DNA of 64,000 nucleotides from the human T2T-CHM13v2.0 reference genome, Homo sapiens. Numbering within the stretch: the first letter of the stretch is position 1; each line of letters starts with the position of its first letter. Under the pieces are notes generated by a model. The model ran no database searches and was not told the DNA's origin. It saw only the letters and a list, made by a program, of their open reading frames with translations. The position numbers were made by a program, and so were the translations under genes. Positions 14,703-28,004 of this stretch are shown one piece after another. The stretch lies in the NCBI RefSeq assembly GCF_009914755.1, contig NC_060937.1. The stretch is one strand, 5' to 3'.

Positions 14703-16924
14703 AGTATTTGAGTGTTTCTGAAAAAATCCTGGCTTCTCTCTTGCACAGCACCATCAAAAACATAAAGGTCTAAGTAAAATGGTCTTTTCTCCAGAATTCC
14801 CCAAGATAATGTTTGAAATTCCATTGCAAATCCTTGTGGAGTTATTTTTTAACAAAGTCTAATCCTAGTGTAACTGTGTCATGACAATTGGCTTTCTTTA
14901 GTCTTTGCCTAGATTCTTCTTTTTGTAGCCAGGATAAATTACAATTTGGCCATACATCTCAAAAAGTAAGAGTCAATGAGAATGATCTGTTTTCTTATTG
15001 GAATGTCCACATTAAAAGCTTAATAGTATTGGTGGGTTGTGTATGTGTGGGTATATGTAAACAGAATCAGTTATGAGGTAAACAAACAGGTAGTTTTTTT
15101 TTGGGGGGGGGTATAGTAAATTTTAACCAGATGTAAATGTTTACTTTACTTACAAACTAAGTAGATTAATAAATATCAGAGTAGTCACTACCAGACAGGT
15201 AAGTGTTTTAAACATGCAGATTCCATATAACTCAAAGAATTTTAAAAAATCATAAAGGGCAATTTCTGCTATGAAAAGATGGACTTTGACAAGAATCTTA
15301 TACAATATGTACACAGCAAAGAATAAAATGAGGTAAGGCATCCTTGAATACAGGCAGTTTAGCTACAATAGAGTCTCTCCCAGAATGGAAAATTCATACT
15401 ACCTGCTCATAGGTATGGGAGAAATTAGTGGTACTCCAAAAAAACTGAACAACGCCAGGGCAAACTATGTCGAAACAAATGTTAAAGGAAAATGCTCCCT
15501 TACGGCATAAGTCCACCAGATTTTTAAAATCCTGAGTCACAAGTTTATTGGCTTATTCTAGAATCAAGACAGCCATTCTGGATTATCAAAGGAAAAATGT
15601 GACAACAGAACAAAACAAAACGATCTGAATGAATTTGTATAACTGGTATGCAAGTCACAAAAATCACTTTCATCACCTCACTTACCCAGTTGGATAATAG
15701 AGATTATCCAGTGTAAGACAAGAGCTATTGAAGCTTTTTCTTGATTTATCTCAGGTCATTAATATGAGGACTGTTCCATGTACCATGCTATAGGTAAATG
15801 CATTGCATAAGCATTTAATGCTCATAACCTTGGGAGGTAATTCTGTTATTTTTGTGAAAGAAATAAAGCTCAATGATATGTAAAAACTTGTCTAAAGTTA
15901 CACAGCTAGAGCCAGGCTCCCAAATTGATGTTTTTTTAATGCCATATCACACAGACTCTTGATTGACAAACATCAGTTTTCATGATTAAATGTTATGTCA
16001 AAGTTGTGGGCAGTGGACTGAACACACACTAATCAATCACTGTTTAAAAAATCATCTCCCACCTAAGTCTTTAAATAATACATTATTTCCGAATGTGTGT
16101 GTTGAGGTAGGAAAGGGGAGGGAGGAGATTACAGATAGCTGGGCTTCCCAGTAGCTCCTTTCCAACAGAACAATGGAATTTTGTTCTAAAAGTTCTTGTT
16201 TTTATTTTGCATATGCCACAAAATAAAGTAGAATAGGGCAAATGCAGAAATCATGTAAAACCATAAAATATAATAAATCATTAAACTGTCACCTAAAAGA
16301 TCACCTTTTAGGAGGGAAGCTTCTTTCCTAACTTTAATCTTCGCATCATCCTGCTGATAAGTTTCCTGGTCTCGTATCTTCAGTACTTTCAACATCACAT
16401 TTAGTGGGAACAGGTTAAATGGGTCAGCTTACAAATGTTTTACCAGTCAAAATATTATAATGTAGCATTTCTAACAACAATTCCTTGGCAATTTTCCAAA
16501 AGAAGAATTGCTCTAATATTGAGAATTTTGGTTACTATTTCTAAAACACACACAAACAATTATTTTCATCAGTACTCTCTAAATATGTTGAAAATGACCC
16601 TCTTTTTTAAAAAAGGCCAGTTACACTAACTGTTTATATAACTGCCTATCTTTTATGTGCTATGTGTTCACTGAAATGGAAAGGAGACAAAAATTTTCAA
16701 GATCACATAGCAAAACTAAGACACATCAAAGGTGTCAAATGTTAGGGGAAATTTTTTTAAGTTATTTTTAGAAGCAACAGAGGTGCTAATTTCCTTTTTT
16801 TTTTTTTACCCAGGAAGGCTATTCTAGGTGATTGAGTATTTTCTGGGAGAAGACGTTGCCAACTCTATTTCTGACAAGAAACTGACCAACACAAACCTCA
16901 TTTTAAAAAGTGTTCTTTGAAAAT

Positions 16925-17350
16925 GTGTACAGAATGGATAAATAAAATGTGGTATATCCATATGATACAATATTATTCAGTAATAAAAAGAATGGAGTAA
17001 TGATACATGGCACAACACAGATGAACCTTGATAACAGGATGCCAAAGTAAAAGAAGCCAGTCGCAAGACAGCACATATTCTATGATTCCATTTACTATAA
17101 CTGAATTGTCCAGAATAGGCAAACATACAGAGACAGAAAGTAGATTAGTAGTTCCCAGGAGCTAGGAAGAGTGGGGAAGAATAGGTCATGACTGCTAACA
17201 GGTACAGATTTCCCTTTGGGGTGATAAACATGTCCTAAAATTGATTATGGAGACAGACATACAATTCTGTATAAACTTAAAACCATTGATTTGTACACTT
17301 TAAGTAGATGGATTATATGGTATGTGAATTACATTGCAATAAAGCTGTTT
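16925..17350 (+). mobile_element. L1MB-type LINE-1 3' end
   Basis: gaatggataaataaaatgtggtatatccata...tatgattccattt...gtccagaataggcaaa...aataaagctgtt. Confidence 0.85.
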
Positions 17351-19618
17351 TTTTTAAAAGGTACATATACAGGTATGCCAGGCATAAGAACCATCTACCT
17401 GTAATTATACTAATTAGCTAAAATTAGTAACACTTTTTTGCCAAAATCATAAATGCAGGATATAATAATTCTTCCATATTTTAAACTACTTTTCACCACT
17501 TACATGTTGCAGTGGCTAGTATTATTCAATTAGTGGTTAAAGGCACAGGCTGGGTTACAATTCCTAGCTTTATCACTTAGTAGCTATGAAATTACAGGCA
17601 AGTTGCTTCCCTTCGCTGAGCCTCACTTGACTCTTTTGTAGTGAGAATTAGGAGCACCTACTTCTTAGGATTGTTGTAAGAATTAAATAGGATAATCCCT
17701 ATAAAGCACAGTGCATGGGGCAAGATGCTCACTAAACACTAGCTACTAAAATTCACCACTGAAAGTTTCTGAAGCCCATCTAGTCCATGTTCTACCCTAT
17801 ACAATGATCTCATCTTATTCATTTTCAGGACGTTATCCCTGGGCCTCTGTGGGATGGCTAGGGGGCAGTTAAAGGAAGATTTTGCAAAAAAGAGTAATAA
17901 GTTCCTACTCTCCACACTGACTCCTCTTTCATAACAACTATCAGCCTCCTTGCTGCCAAGAATGGGCAAAGAGATAAGCCAAATGTTAGACCACAGGCAG
18001 GGTTGTTCCTTCACTTAACCTGAAGAGGGCCTCAGCCTTTATGCAAAGTCAGATCTCCCCCAGAAGGCAATCAGGCTTGTAGCTGGGGACTCTAAGACAT
18101 AACTCCTTTGATAAAGACTTTTCCAAGTGTACCAAAAATAAACAAGCAACCTCTGTATATTAGTTTCACAAATGGCCAAGCTTTTAATGGATTTCTTAAG
18201 TTTGATATGACAAGATTTAAAAAGAAGGCAACCAAAGCAGATAGAACCTGGAATTTTAAGGTAAATAACAGAGGATCCACTAAGTCCATGTACAGATCAG
18301 TAGCAACACTCCAGCTTCCTGCCCTTCTCATCACTGGCGCTGAATAAGTTACACATTAAACACTATCAACTCATTCCTTCTACCTTACTTTATGAGGTAC
18401 ACCTAATCTCTGACCTAACAGAATCTTGCCATTCCAGTTGAAAAATGGCAGGTTGGTGTGACTTATCCTCTTACATACAGGAAATAGCATATAAGGAAAA
18501 AGGAAAGTTCTATATGAATGTTAGTTTCTCTGATTTTTTTTTTGAAAAACAATTTTAATATACAACAGAGTAGAGGGAAAAACAAAAGCATCCACATGCC
18601 TACAACCAGATTTAATAAATGTGAACAACTGTCATTTAACACATTTTATTTATTTACAATTTCAATGACAATCTTTAAAAGTTATTTGAAGTGTTTTCCA
18701 CTAAATGTACAACAGATCAGTTCCAAATACTTCAGAAAAAAGATTCCATGAGCATCTGTTTCTGGTCTTAGAACTGTAGTGACATGGCTACATTGTCCCT
18801 GCACCAAATGAGAATGTGGACAATAGGTCCTGGGAAAATGTATTCTGTGGTCAAGACAGCTGTGGGCAAGGTATCACCCTCTCATTATTCAGAGATGCTC
18901 TGATATGATAAGAACCATAACTGAACACTTATATATCCCAGATCATCTAGCAACAGGTAAGTTTTACCTATTTTATAGAAGAGATCACTTATTCAACAGA
19001 TTTTAAAAAGAAAAAAAATCTTTAAGAGGACTCAGTGATATTAAAGGCTTTGGTAATATTAAGGGGAAAAAAGACAATGTCTTACTTCAAATAATTTAAC
19101 ACATTTGAAAAAATTAGTAATGTGTATATGAAAATTTAAGATGGCAAACGTGAGACTGATAATAAGCAACATAGAAATAACAGAATAAAGTTGTTAATTC
19201 TTGAAGGAATTATTTTAGGATGAGTTCCTGGAAAAAGTATGCTTTGTTCTAAAATCTTGAAAGATTATTAGACTTAAATATGCAACAGGTATGAATGTTG
19301 GAGATCATTTCTGAGCAAACAGTGGGGAAGCAGGAAAGCATTCTGGAAAATTACATAGTGTGAAACAGGCACACTGTGAAAAGTTTCTAACCATAAATTA
19401 AGATGTTTGGACTGATAATGAAGTCAAGAGAATCTGTTAAAAGTTTTGGTACACTCTACTGCTCTAGAACACCTCCTCTTCTTCATCTGTCAGATAAACT
19501 AGATCCTCCTTTGAGATCCAGTTCAACTTCCATGGTGAAGCATTCCCAAAGTTGCAGTGCAGTCAATGGCTCCATTCTCAGTATCCACAGCACTTTGCAT
19601 TTATCTGTGTTACATTGA

Positions 19619-19994
<376 letters not shown>

Positions 19995-20829
19995 CACTGT
20001 TACTCTTTAACCTCCAGGAATTAGCAGTCGGAGGAAGCCAATTTACACCCTAGAGAGGAAAGTGCTAAGACTACCTTCTTATATTGTGATGAGATTCTAT
20101 AAAAATTTGTTGTTCCACATGTTCATTTTTTCCATGTCACCAAACTTCTCTCTAGTGACTTAAGTCTATTAAACACAAATATGATTTGCCAGAAATTCTA
20201 CTTTTAAAACCAATGACTGAAAAAAAAATACAGTGTTTTTTTCATATAATATATCAAAATTATAAAAAGCATTAAACTATGCCGGCTGTTCTTCATTAAA
20301 TTAACTCCTGGAACATTTAAGTAAATAGGTTTCCTTCTCTTTAGAAACTTGTATCCATAGACTTCTGCTTGCTTCTTCTTCTCATACATTCACCATGCTA
20401 ACACGCTTGTTAAGATCAAACCAAAGCACCATTGCATAAAGGGATATTGCATTCAATACTGATGGGGTTGCTCTCCCATAGAAGTGCTTCATTCTCAGCT
20501 ACAAATATTCCCAGTTTAGAACAGACAGCAACAACAGAGTTTTAAATTGTCAGCATCAACAGCATTGATATTTCCTTTCCAACACCCCCGCCATGACCCC
20601 TGCCATCTCCACTCAAGAGCGCCAAGCAATTCTGGAAAATATGAACTGAATAAGGGAAGATGATCAAAATGCTGGCAACCCTATTAATAGTGTCAGTTTC
20701 TTTAGACTAATATATATTTATAACCTAGACCATAACTGAAAACAAAAAATATATTCTAATCTGGTGCCTTCAGTGATTTTATAAACAGCCAAAACAGAAT
20801 ACATTATTTTAAAAGTCATAAATACTTTT

Positions 20830-21960
<1,131 letters not shown>

Positions 21961-22035
21961 CTTCTGTTGATAATGGTTTGGGAAATACACTATTAGTAGT
22001 AGTAGAAATTAATACAGCTCCTCTTACCCCCCGCA

Positions 22036-22230
22036 ACTTTTATTTTAGATTCAGGGGGTACATGTGCAGGTTTGTTACATGAGTATATTGCTTGTTACAT
22101 AGGTGAGGCTGAGATTTGAGGTATGATTGATCCTATCACCCAGGCAGTGGGCACAGCACCCAATAGTTTTTCAACCCTTGCCTGCTTCCTTCCTTCCCCC
22201 ATCTAGTAGTCCCTCTTTATGTCCACGTAA
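22036..22230 (-). mobile_element. Short 5'-truncated L1PA-type 3' end
   Basis: acttttattttagattcagggggtacatgtgcaggtttgttacat...tcacccagg..cagcacccaatagtttttcaaccc. Confidence 0.85.
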
Positions 22231-22366
22231 CACAGCCTTGTCCATCTTTATGTCCACGTAACACAGCCTTTTAAAAGAATATTTGTATTTATATTTTTAG
22301 TAAGCTCAGTAATTCTGTTTTTAATAACCCTACAGATATAATCACATAAGTGTACAAAGATACACT

Positions 22367-22385
22367 ACACACACACACACACACA
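22367..22385. repeat. (CA)n microsatellite
   Basis: acacacacacacacacaca. Confidence 0.85.
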
Positions 22386-22419
22386 TAATGACAAAATTAT
22401 AGTGCTCCGTAAATATTAG

Positions 22420-22645
22420 CTATGAGCCAGACATAGTTCTAAAAGCTTTAGAAACATCAACTCATTTAATTCTCACAGCAATCCTATAACTTAGGTTCTA
22501 TTATTTTCATCCCCATTTTGCAGATGAGGAAACCAAGGAACAGAAAGGTTGAGTAACTTGCCCAAAGTCACAGAGATAATAAGCAGCGGAGCCAAGATTC
22601 AACCCAGGCATTTCAACTTCAGTACCTGAGCTCTTAACCACCGCT
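22420..22645. mobile_element. MIR SINE
   Basis: ccccattttgcagatgaggaaaccaagg..cagaaaggttgagtaacttgcccaaagtcaca. Confidence 0.85.
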
Positions 22646-25134
22646 ACTACTAGGTAGATCTACTGCCTTCCAAACAAGGATGTTCACTGCAATATTGTAC
22701 ATCATAGCAAAATGCTGGTAACAGCCATGTCAGGAACTGTAAAATAAATAATGGGCTGCTCATGATGTAAAATATAAATGATGTAGAATCAACATACACA
22801 CAAATATTTATAATAAAGTGGAAACAAATGAGACACAAAAAAGATTTAGCATAACTTCATTTGTGTCTTAAAAGCAACCTCTGTATGCAGTTTTGTATAT
22901 ATGTATGTTCATTTGTTCAGACATTTTTCTAAAAAAATTACACACAAAATATTAATACTTAATACTAGTTTCTTCTGGGAAGGAAAACAAGATTAGGACT
23001 AAGGGTGAAGAGAGATTTTTCACTAGTTATTTTATGTATCTTTTTATTAGGTGACTTCTTTTATTAATACAAATGGCACGTTATTGCTTTTCCATTAAAA
23101 ACAAATTAACCTAATAAGCAAACAGGGAGGTAGAGCCCCAGGTTAGGTAAGATGCTAATATCACCAACAGCACTGGATCTACCCTCCTGCAAAGCAGTTA
23201 CATTTGCTATGCTGATGGCCACAGACTGAAGACGCCAAAACTCACCAAGAGTTGTAAACATTTTGATGCTGATTATAACACAGTAAGATTGTCACACATT
23301 ATTGCAAGAATATATAAAACATCATTAGTGAGAATCAAACTGGCTGAGTTCAAATTGTGGCTCTACTATTTACTGGCTGTATGATTCCAGGAAAGTGACT
23401 TAACCTCTTGATATCTCAATTTCCTCATTATAAAATGGGGATCAGTATTTACCTTACATGGTTAATACTTATAAAATCCTTATAACACCTGCACAAAATA
23501 TAGATTCATTTTGTTAGACAAAAACAAATAACTTAAGAAAATACATATATGTACATGCTGATGTTAAGCTAACAGTACCATCTCCCTTTCCAAAAACATA
23601 AATAACCTCTGCAAAACAAACTAAGTATATCATACATAGTAAGTGTATAAGTGTTGTTTTGCAAAACTCTTTTTAGGCTATGTAGACACATGTATGAATA
23701 TGGTACCATAATGTAAAATTCACTTCTCTCATGTTCCAAAGAGTGTCAAATCCACTATAACTAGAGCATATTAGTGAGTGGCTTAGGGCTTTGTCCTCTG
23801 CTGCTACATCCTGAGATCAAACCTCACCACATCAAGCCTAGCATCTATATACAGCATCTTTCATTTAAGAGGGCTGCATAGTAAACACACTGTTTCAAAC
23901 CTTAATATACACACAAACATCCTGTCTTAAACCAAATTCAAAACACCTTTCTTCCTAAAATATATTTTGTATTGTCTCTAGATTAAATCCATATCACTAT
24001 TAATATATTTTTAATCAAGACTAAGCAATTCTCTCCCTGAACCTGTTATCCTCCCTAGTCAAAGCTCATCCTGCTGTTAAGGCAACTTAATCCAAATCCT
24101 CACCTTTTGTAGGTTTATTTATAAACTTTTTGTTCTGTCACTTCAATGGACAACACAGCTAAAAAAATTTTAATTTTATAAAAATCATTAAATTCACTCT
24201 GCCAAAAGTAAGAATTTTATTATTTGTAGTAACTATGTTTCCAGAATAAAGGCATTACATATTATAATTGGCCTATTAAAATTAGGTGTTGAGCATTAGG
24301 CTTATTTCAGTGATAAATCAACTTTAGGTTGGTTCTCAAAATATTTTTCCTAGTACCCTGTCTGAGTATCTCCAACACGTACACTATTTCTCCCATATCA
24401 TGTCTTACATTCCCTATATAACTTGTTTAAAATGAAGTTAATTGTAAAGTCCCAAGAAACTCTAGCCTCGTTCCAGTTCTTTTGTGTGTGTGTGTGTTGT
24501 GGGGAGGGGGGAAGGAGACTAAAATTAATCTTAGATCCTTTACTCAGTATCTCCTAGATCTTTTTTATGTACTGAAAACAGTAATTTGCACATCTTATAT
24601 AAATTCACTGAAAGCCGATTTAGAAATTCTTCAGTTCAATCCCCTCATTCTGCAGATGATGAAATCTAGATCTAGAGAAGTTAAGTAACTTCCTCAGAGT
24701 CACATGCTTTGGACTGAAATGATGTATGATTATGGGACCGCTAACGTTGTCTCATCTACTTGAAGAAGTAGCCCATGATTACAAACATTAATTAACCACA
24801 TACATTAAAAGGCAGTATATTCTCTAGAACTTTTCAAAGTACTTAAAAATAATTACTTAAGGCATTTAGTGTTAAGTCTCATTTTACAAAAAAACAAGCT
24901 GAATCCCAAAGGTATTACTTCCTTGTTACCATATCAAAGCTAAGGATAAGACTTATTCTTCATGAATTAACTGGTGCTTAAAACATAGTATAATATTTCC
25001 TCCAAATATTTCATCTATAAATTTTTACTTTCAATAAAGTTTCTCTCATTGTCTTTTAAAGGAAATAATTTTCTGATATGAATAGAAAAATCATAATAAA
25101 GTCATTAAAATGAAATTTTCTCTGAATCTCATAC

Positions 25135-25206
25135 CTGTCGTTCATCCTCCATGACGTTACTAGCAAATTCAAATACTAGGTCGTTCTGTTGGACAACAGC
25201 AGCCAT
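25135..25206 (-). CDS. ELF1: ELF1 first coding segment, MAAVVQQNDLVFEFASNVMEDERQ (24 codons)
   Basis: ATG at 25204-25206 in strong context (attATGG). Donor CAG|GTATGA at 25133-25134. Joins in frame to the 1979-2159 exon (...ERQ|LGDP...). Too short for the ORF track; read manually. Confidence 0.96.
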
Positions 25207-25434
25207 AATAAAGCATTCCCCTTAGATCCACATGAGAAAAATTCCAAGAAGATTCACGTATCAGGCAGCAAAATCCAGTGACTGATTTGGGTAAAAAACC
25301 CTCAGCTCTGTCTGTGGAGTAATTGTATACCCAAGTTTTCTTTAGGGAAGGTGCTTCAGTTTTCCTGGTTCATTGATATTCTAGTCAAATTGAGACAATT
25401 TTTCTGAAATTTTTCTTCTCTCAAGCTTCTTGGC
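25207..25434 (-). other. ELF1: ELF1 5' UTR part of the start-codon exon (whole exon 25135-25434, 300 nt)
   Basis: Acceptor tttgttttttAG|GCCAAGAAG at 25435-25436 with a T-rich tract, giving 228 nt of UTR before the ATG. Confidence 0.85.
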
Positions 25435-27434
25435 CTAAAAAACAAAAGCTCAGATTAGTTATGAAAAAGCAATCACCCACTTAGGATATAATAACTGATA
25501 CAGAGGGCAGTATCGCTAAAGCATTTTTTTATTATTAACGTTTTTAAATAAAATCGACACGACTAATGCACATACGCTCTTTTTTAAAAGTTACATATTT
25601 TATTTGAAGAGTTTGCTCCTGCTAAGATCATCTGTCACTACTGAAAATTATGCCTCTCTCCCCCACTCTCCAGTTAAACTACTGTTAAAAGTACTCAATA
25701 TTAAAAAAAAAAAAAGGTCAAAAAACCCCAGCAATAATGAGGGTTGTAATCGCAATAAAGGATATATAAACAATTTCCTTCTTTTCACCAACTCAGCAAA
25801 GCACATACATAGAAACTGCTACCCAATGAGTAATTTCACAACGTATATATTTTCACCTTTAAGAGGATTTATATAAGGATTTAAAATCAAATACATTTAA
25901 AGTTTAGTAAGAACTATTTTTAAATCTTTTAAAAATAAGCAGAAATTAAAGCCCACTCTTTCTGTTCTTTAAAAAGGCTTCTGATAAGTAAAATGTTTTA
26001 AAAATTACCATGCTTAAGCCTGTCTTCAGTGGCTTCTTTTTTAATGCACTGAAATGTATCCTTATCTCTAGCATAGGCTTGCAAGCAACAGGAAGGAAAC
26101 AGCACTTGACCACGTCATGGCAAATTAGAACATGCAAAGAACTGCACTTTACAATAGTAGAAAAACAGAAACGCAACTTAGTAGTGAAAACAATTTCACA
26201 GCGAAGGGACAAAGGCTTTTAAAATGTCTGCCAAAGATGTTTGCCTATTTAAAAAAAAAGTTATCAATACTAACAAAAGGAAAAAATTCTTTAGGTGTTT
26301 ATCACAATCTTACTACATTTTCATCAAATGATTATGGCCTGAAAAGAAAGATACAAAAATAATCACATTAAATAACATTAGTTCTTTGAATTAGCATTTA
26401 CAGTTTTATTACAAACACTTTAAAAAAGAAGTTGACTCCAAGGAAAGGATGGCCAGTAATTTCCTAATAATTTTAAAGAGACAAGTCTGGGGATGAAGCT
26501 GATCTAGTGAATCAGTTTCCCTGAAAACGTAAATCCAGCTAGTATGTGTCAGCCAAATCACTTAATCGGTTTCCTAATTTCTGTAAAGCCAAGTCCCTAT
26601 GTGTCCTGGGCTTTAGGGGTCATCATGGATGACTGTGATTTTCCTAGCAAGAACTCAAAATAAAATAAGAATTAAGAATCCAATTCAGATGATATTTCTA
26701 CTCACTACACTAAATTCCAACCCAGCAAATTTCCCACTCTCATCCACTCCCTTTTAACAGGAAGTTTAACTCCAACACTGGGAAAGTATTTTTAGCACAT
26801 TCAGGTGGTTTTTGAGCAATGTACCATATCTAGAAGAGGGAAAAAAAAAAGTGTTTTGATTTAAATTGATCACAGATAGATACATTTGGCCTTGTACTTA
26901 TTATTATTTATAATACCTTTTTCCTTAAATTATTATCCAACCCAATTCCTCTGTAGTAGACCTGCCTTATGTTCCTCCACACAAACTATTCAATCTTGCC
27001 TCTTTTCTCAACTTCTGTTATTTCCTATGCCTGCAACACACCCATCTTCTACTTGCCAGCATTCAATCCCATCTTTTCCATTCAATGCTCAAGCCCCATT
27101 TATTTCACAAAGCCTCCCAACATCTATGCCTCAAACTACAAGGACTGCTCCCTTCAAAAACACAGCAATTACTGCCCGTACAACCAATTTAGCATGAATT
27201 GTAGTACATTGTCTTACATTTGAAAACTGTGTCCCCTTAATTCAACTGAATACATGTTTGAGTACCAATTATTTGCAAGGCAATGTGCCAGGCACCAAGA
27301 CAACTGAAGCAAAACCTCTTCTGGGGAAATAACCATTGTCTAAAATTTCTTCTGTACCTCCCAAACCTGTGTGCCCACAGTGATGACAAAAAGGATTATA
27401 TTGATGACAAATACTGTTTTAAATATCTTCTCAG

Positions 27435-27730
27435 GCCAGGCATGGTGGCTTACACCTGTAACACCAGCATTTTAGCAGGCTGGTGGGGAAGGAGTCACTT
27501 GAGACTACACACTCAAGACCAACCGGGGCAACATAGCAAGACCTCGTCTTTACAAAAAATAAAAAATTAGTTGGCTGTGTTGGTGTGTGTGCATTTGTGA
27601 TCCTAGCTACTCAGGAGGCTGAGGCAGGAGGATCACTTGAGCCCAGGAGTTCAAGGCCGTAGTGAGCCATGATTGCCACTGTACTCCAGCTTGCATTACA
27701 GAATGAGACTCTGTGTTCAATAAATAAATA
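27435..27730 (+). mobile_element. Alu (AluJ-like)
   Basis: Diverged dimeric Alu. Confidence 0.88.
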
Positions 27731-27991
27731 TCATTAGATATTTAAGCTATTTCTACAAATATCCTTTATTTAAAAAAGAATAACTGATGTACTTCTGATA
27801 AAGAGGAAACTATTATCACAAGCTTGAAAAACGAGAGTAAGAAAACATAACCAGAATCAAGGGATGTTTGCTGATACAGAAGTTTCTCTGTAAAAGATTA
27901 GGTTCCAGAAGGCTATTTCAAAACCCATTTGTTCATAAATGCAAAATGACATTGTGCCAATGGCCAGTGTGAATACGTCTAGGTAAATTTA

Positions 27992-28004
27992 AGTTTCACT
28001 TTCT
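27992..28004. promoter_or_regulatory. Consensus ISRE/IRF site (motif only)
   Basis: AGTTTCACTTTCT matches AGTTTCNNTTTCY. Confidence 0.45.

Noticed and set aside
23770-23830. Faint tRNA-like A/B-box pattern
   Set aside because: No cloverleaf could be built; at most a very old SINE head.
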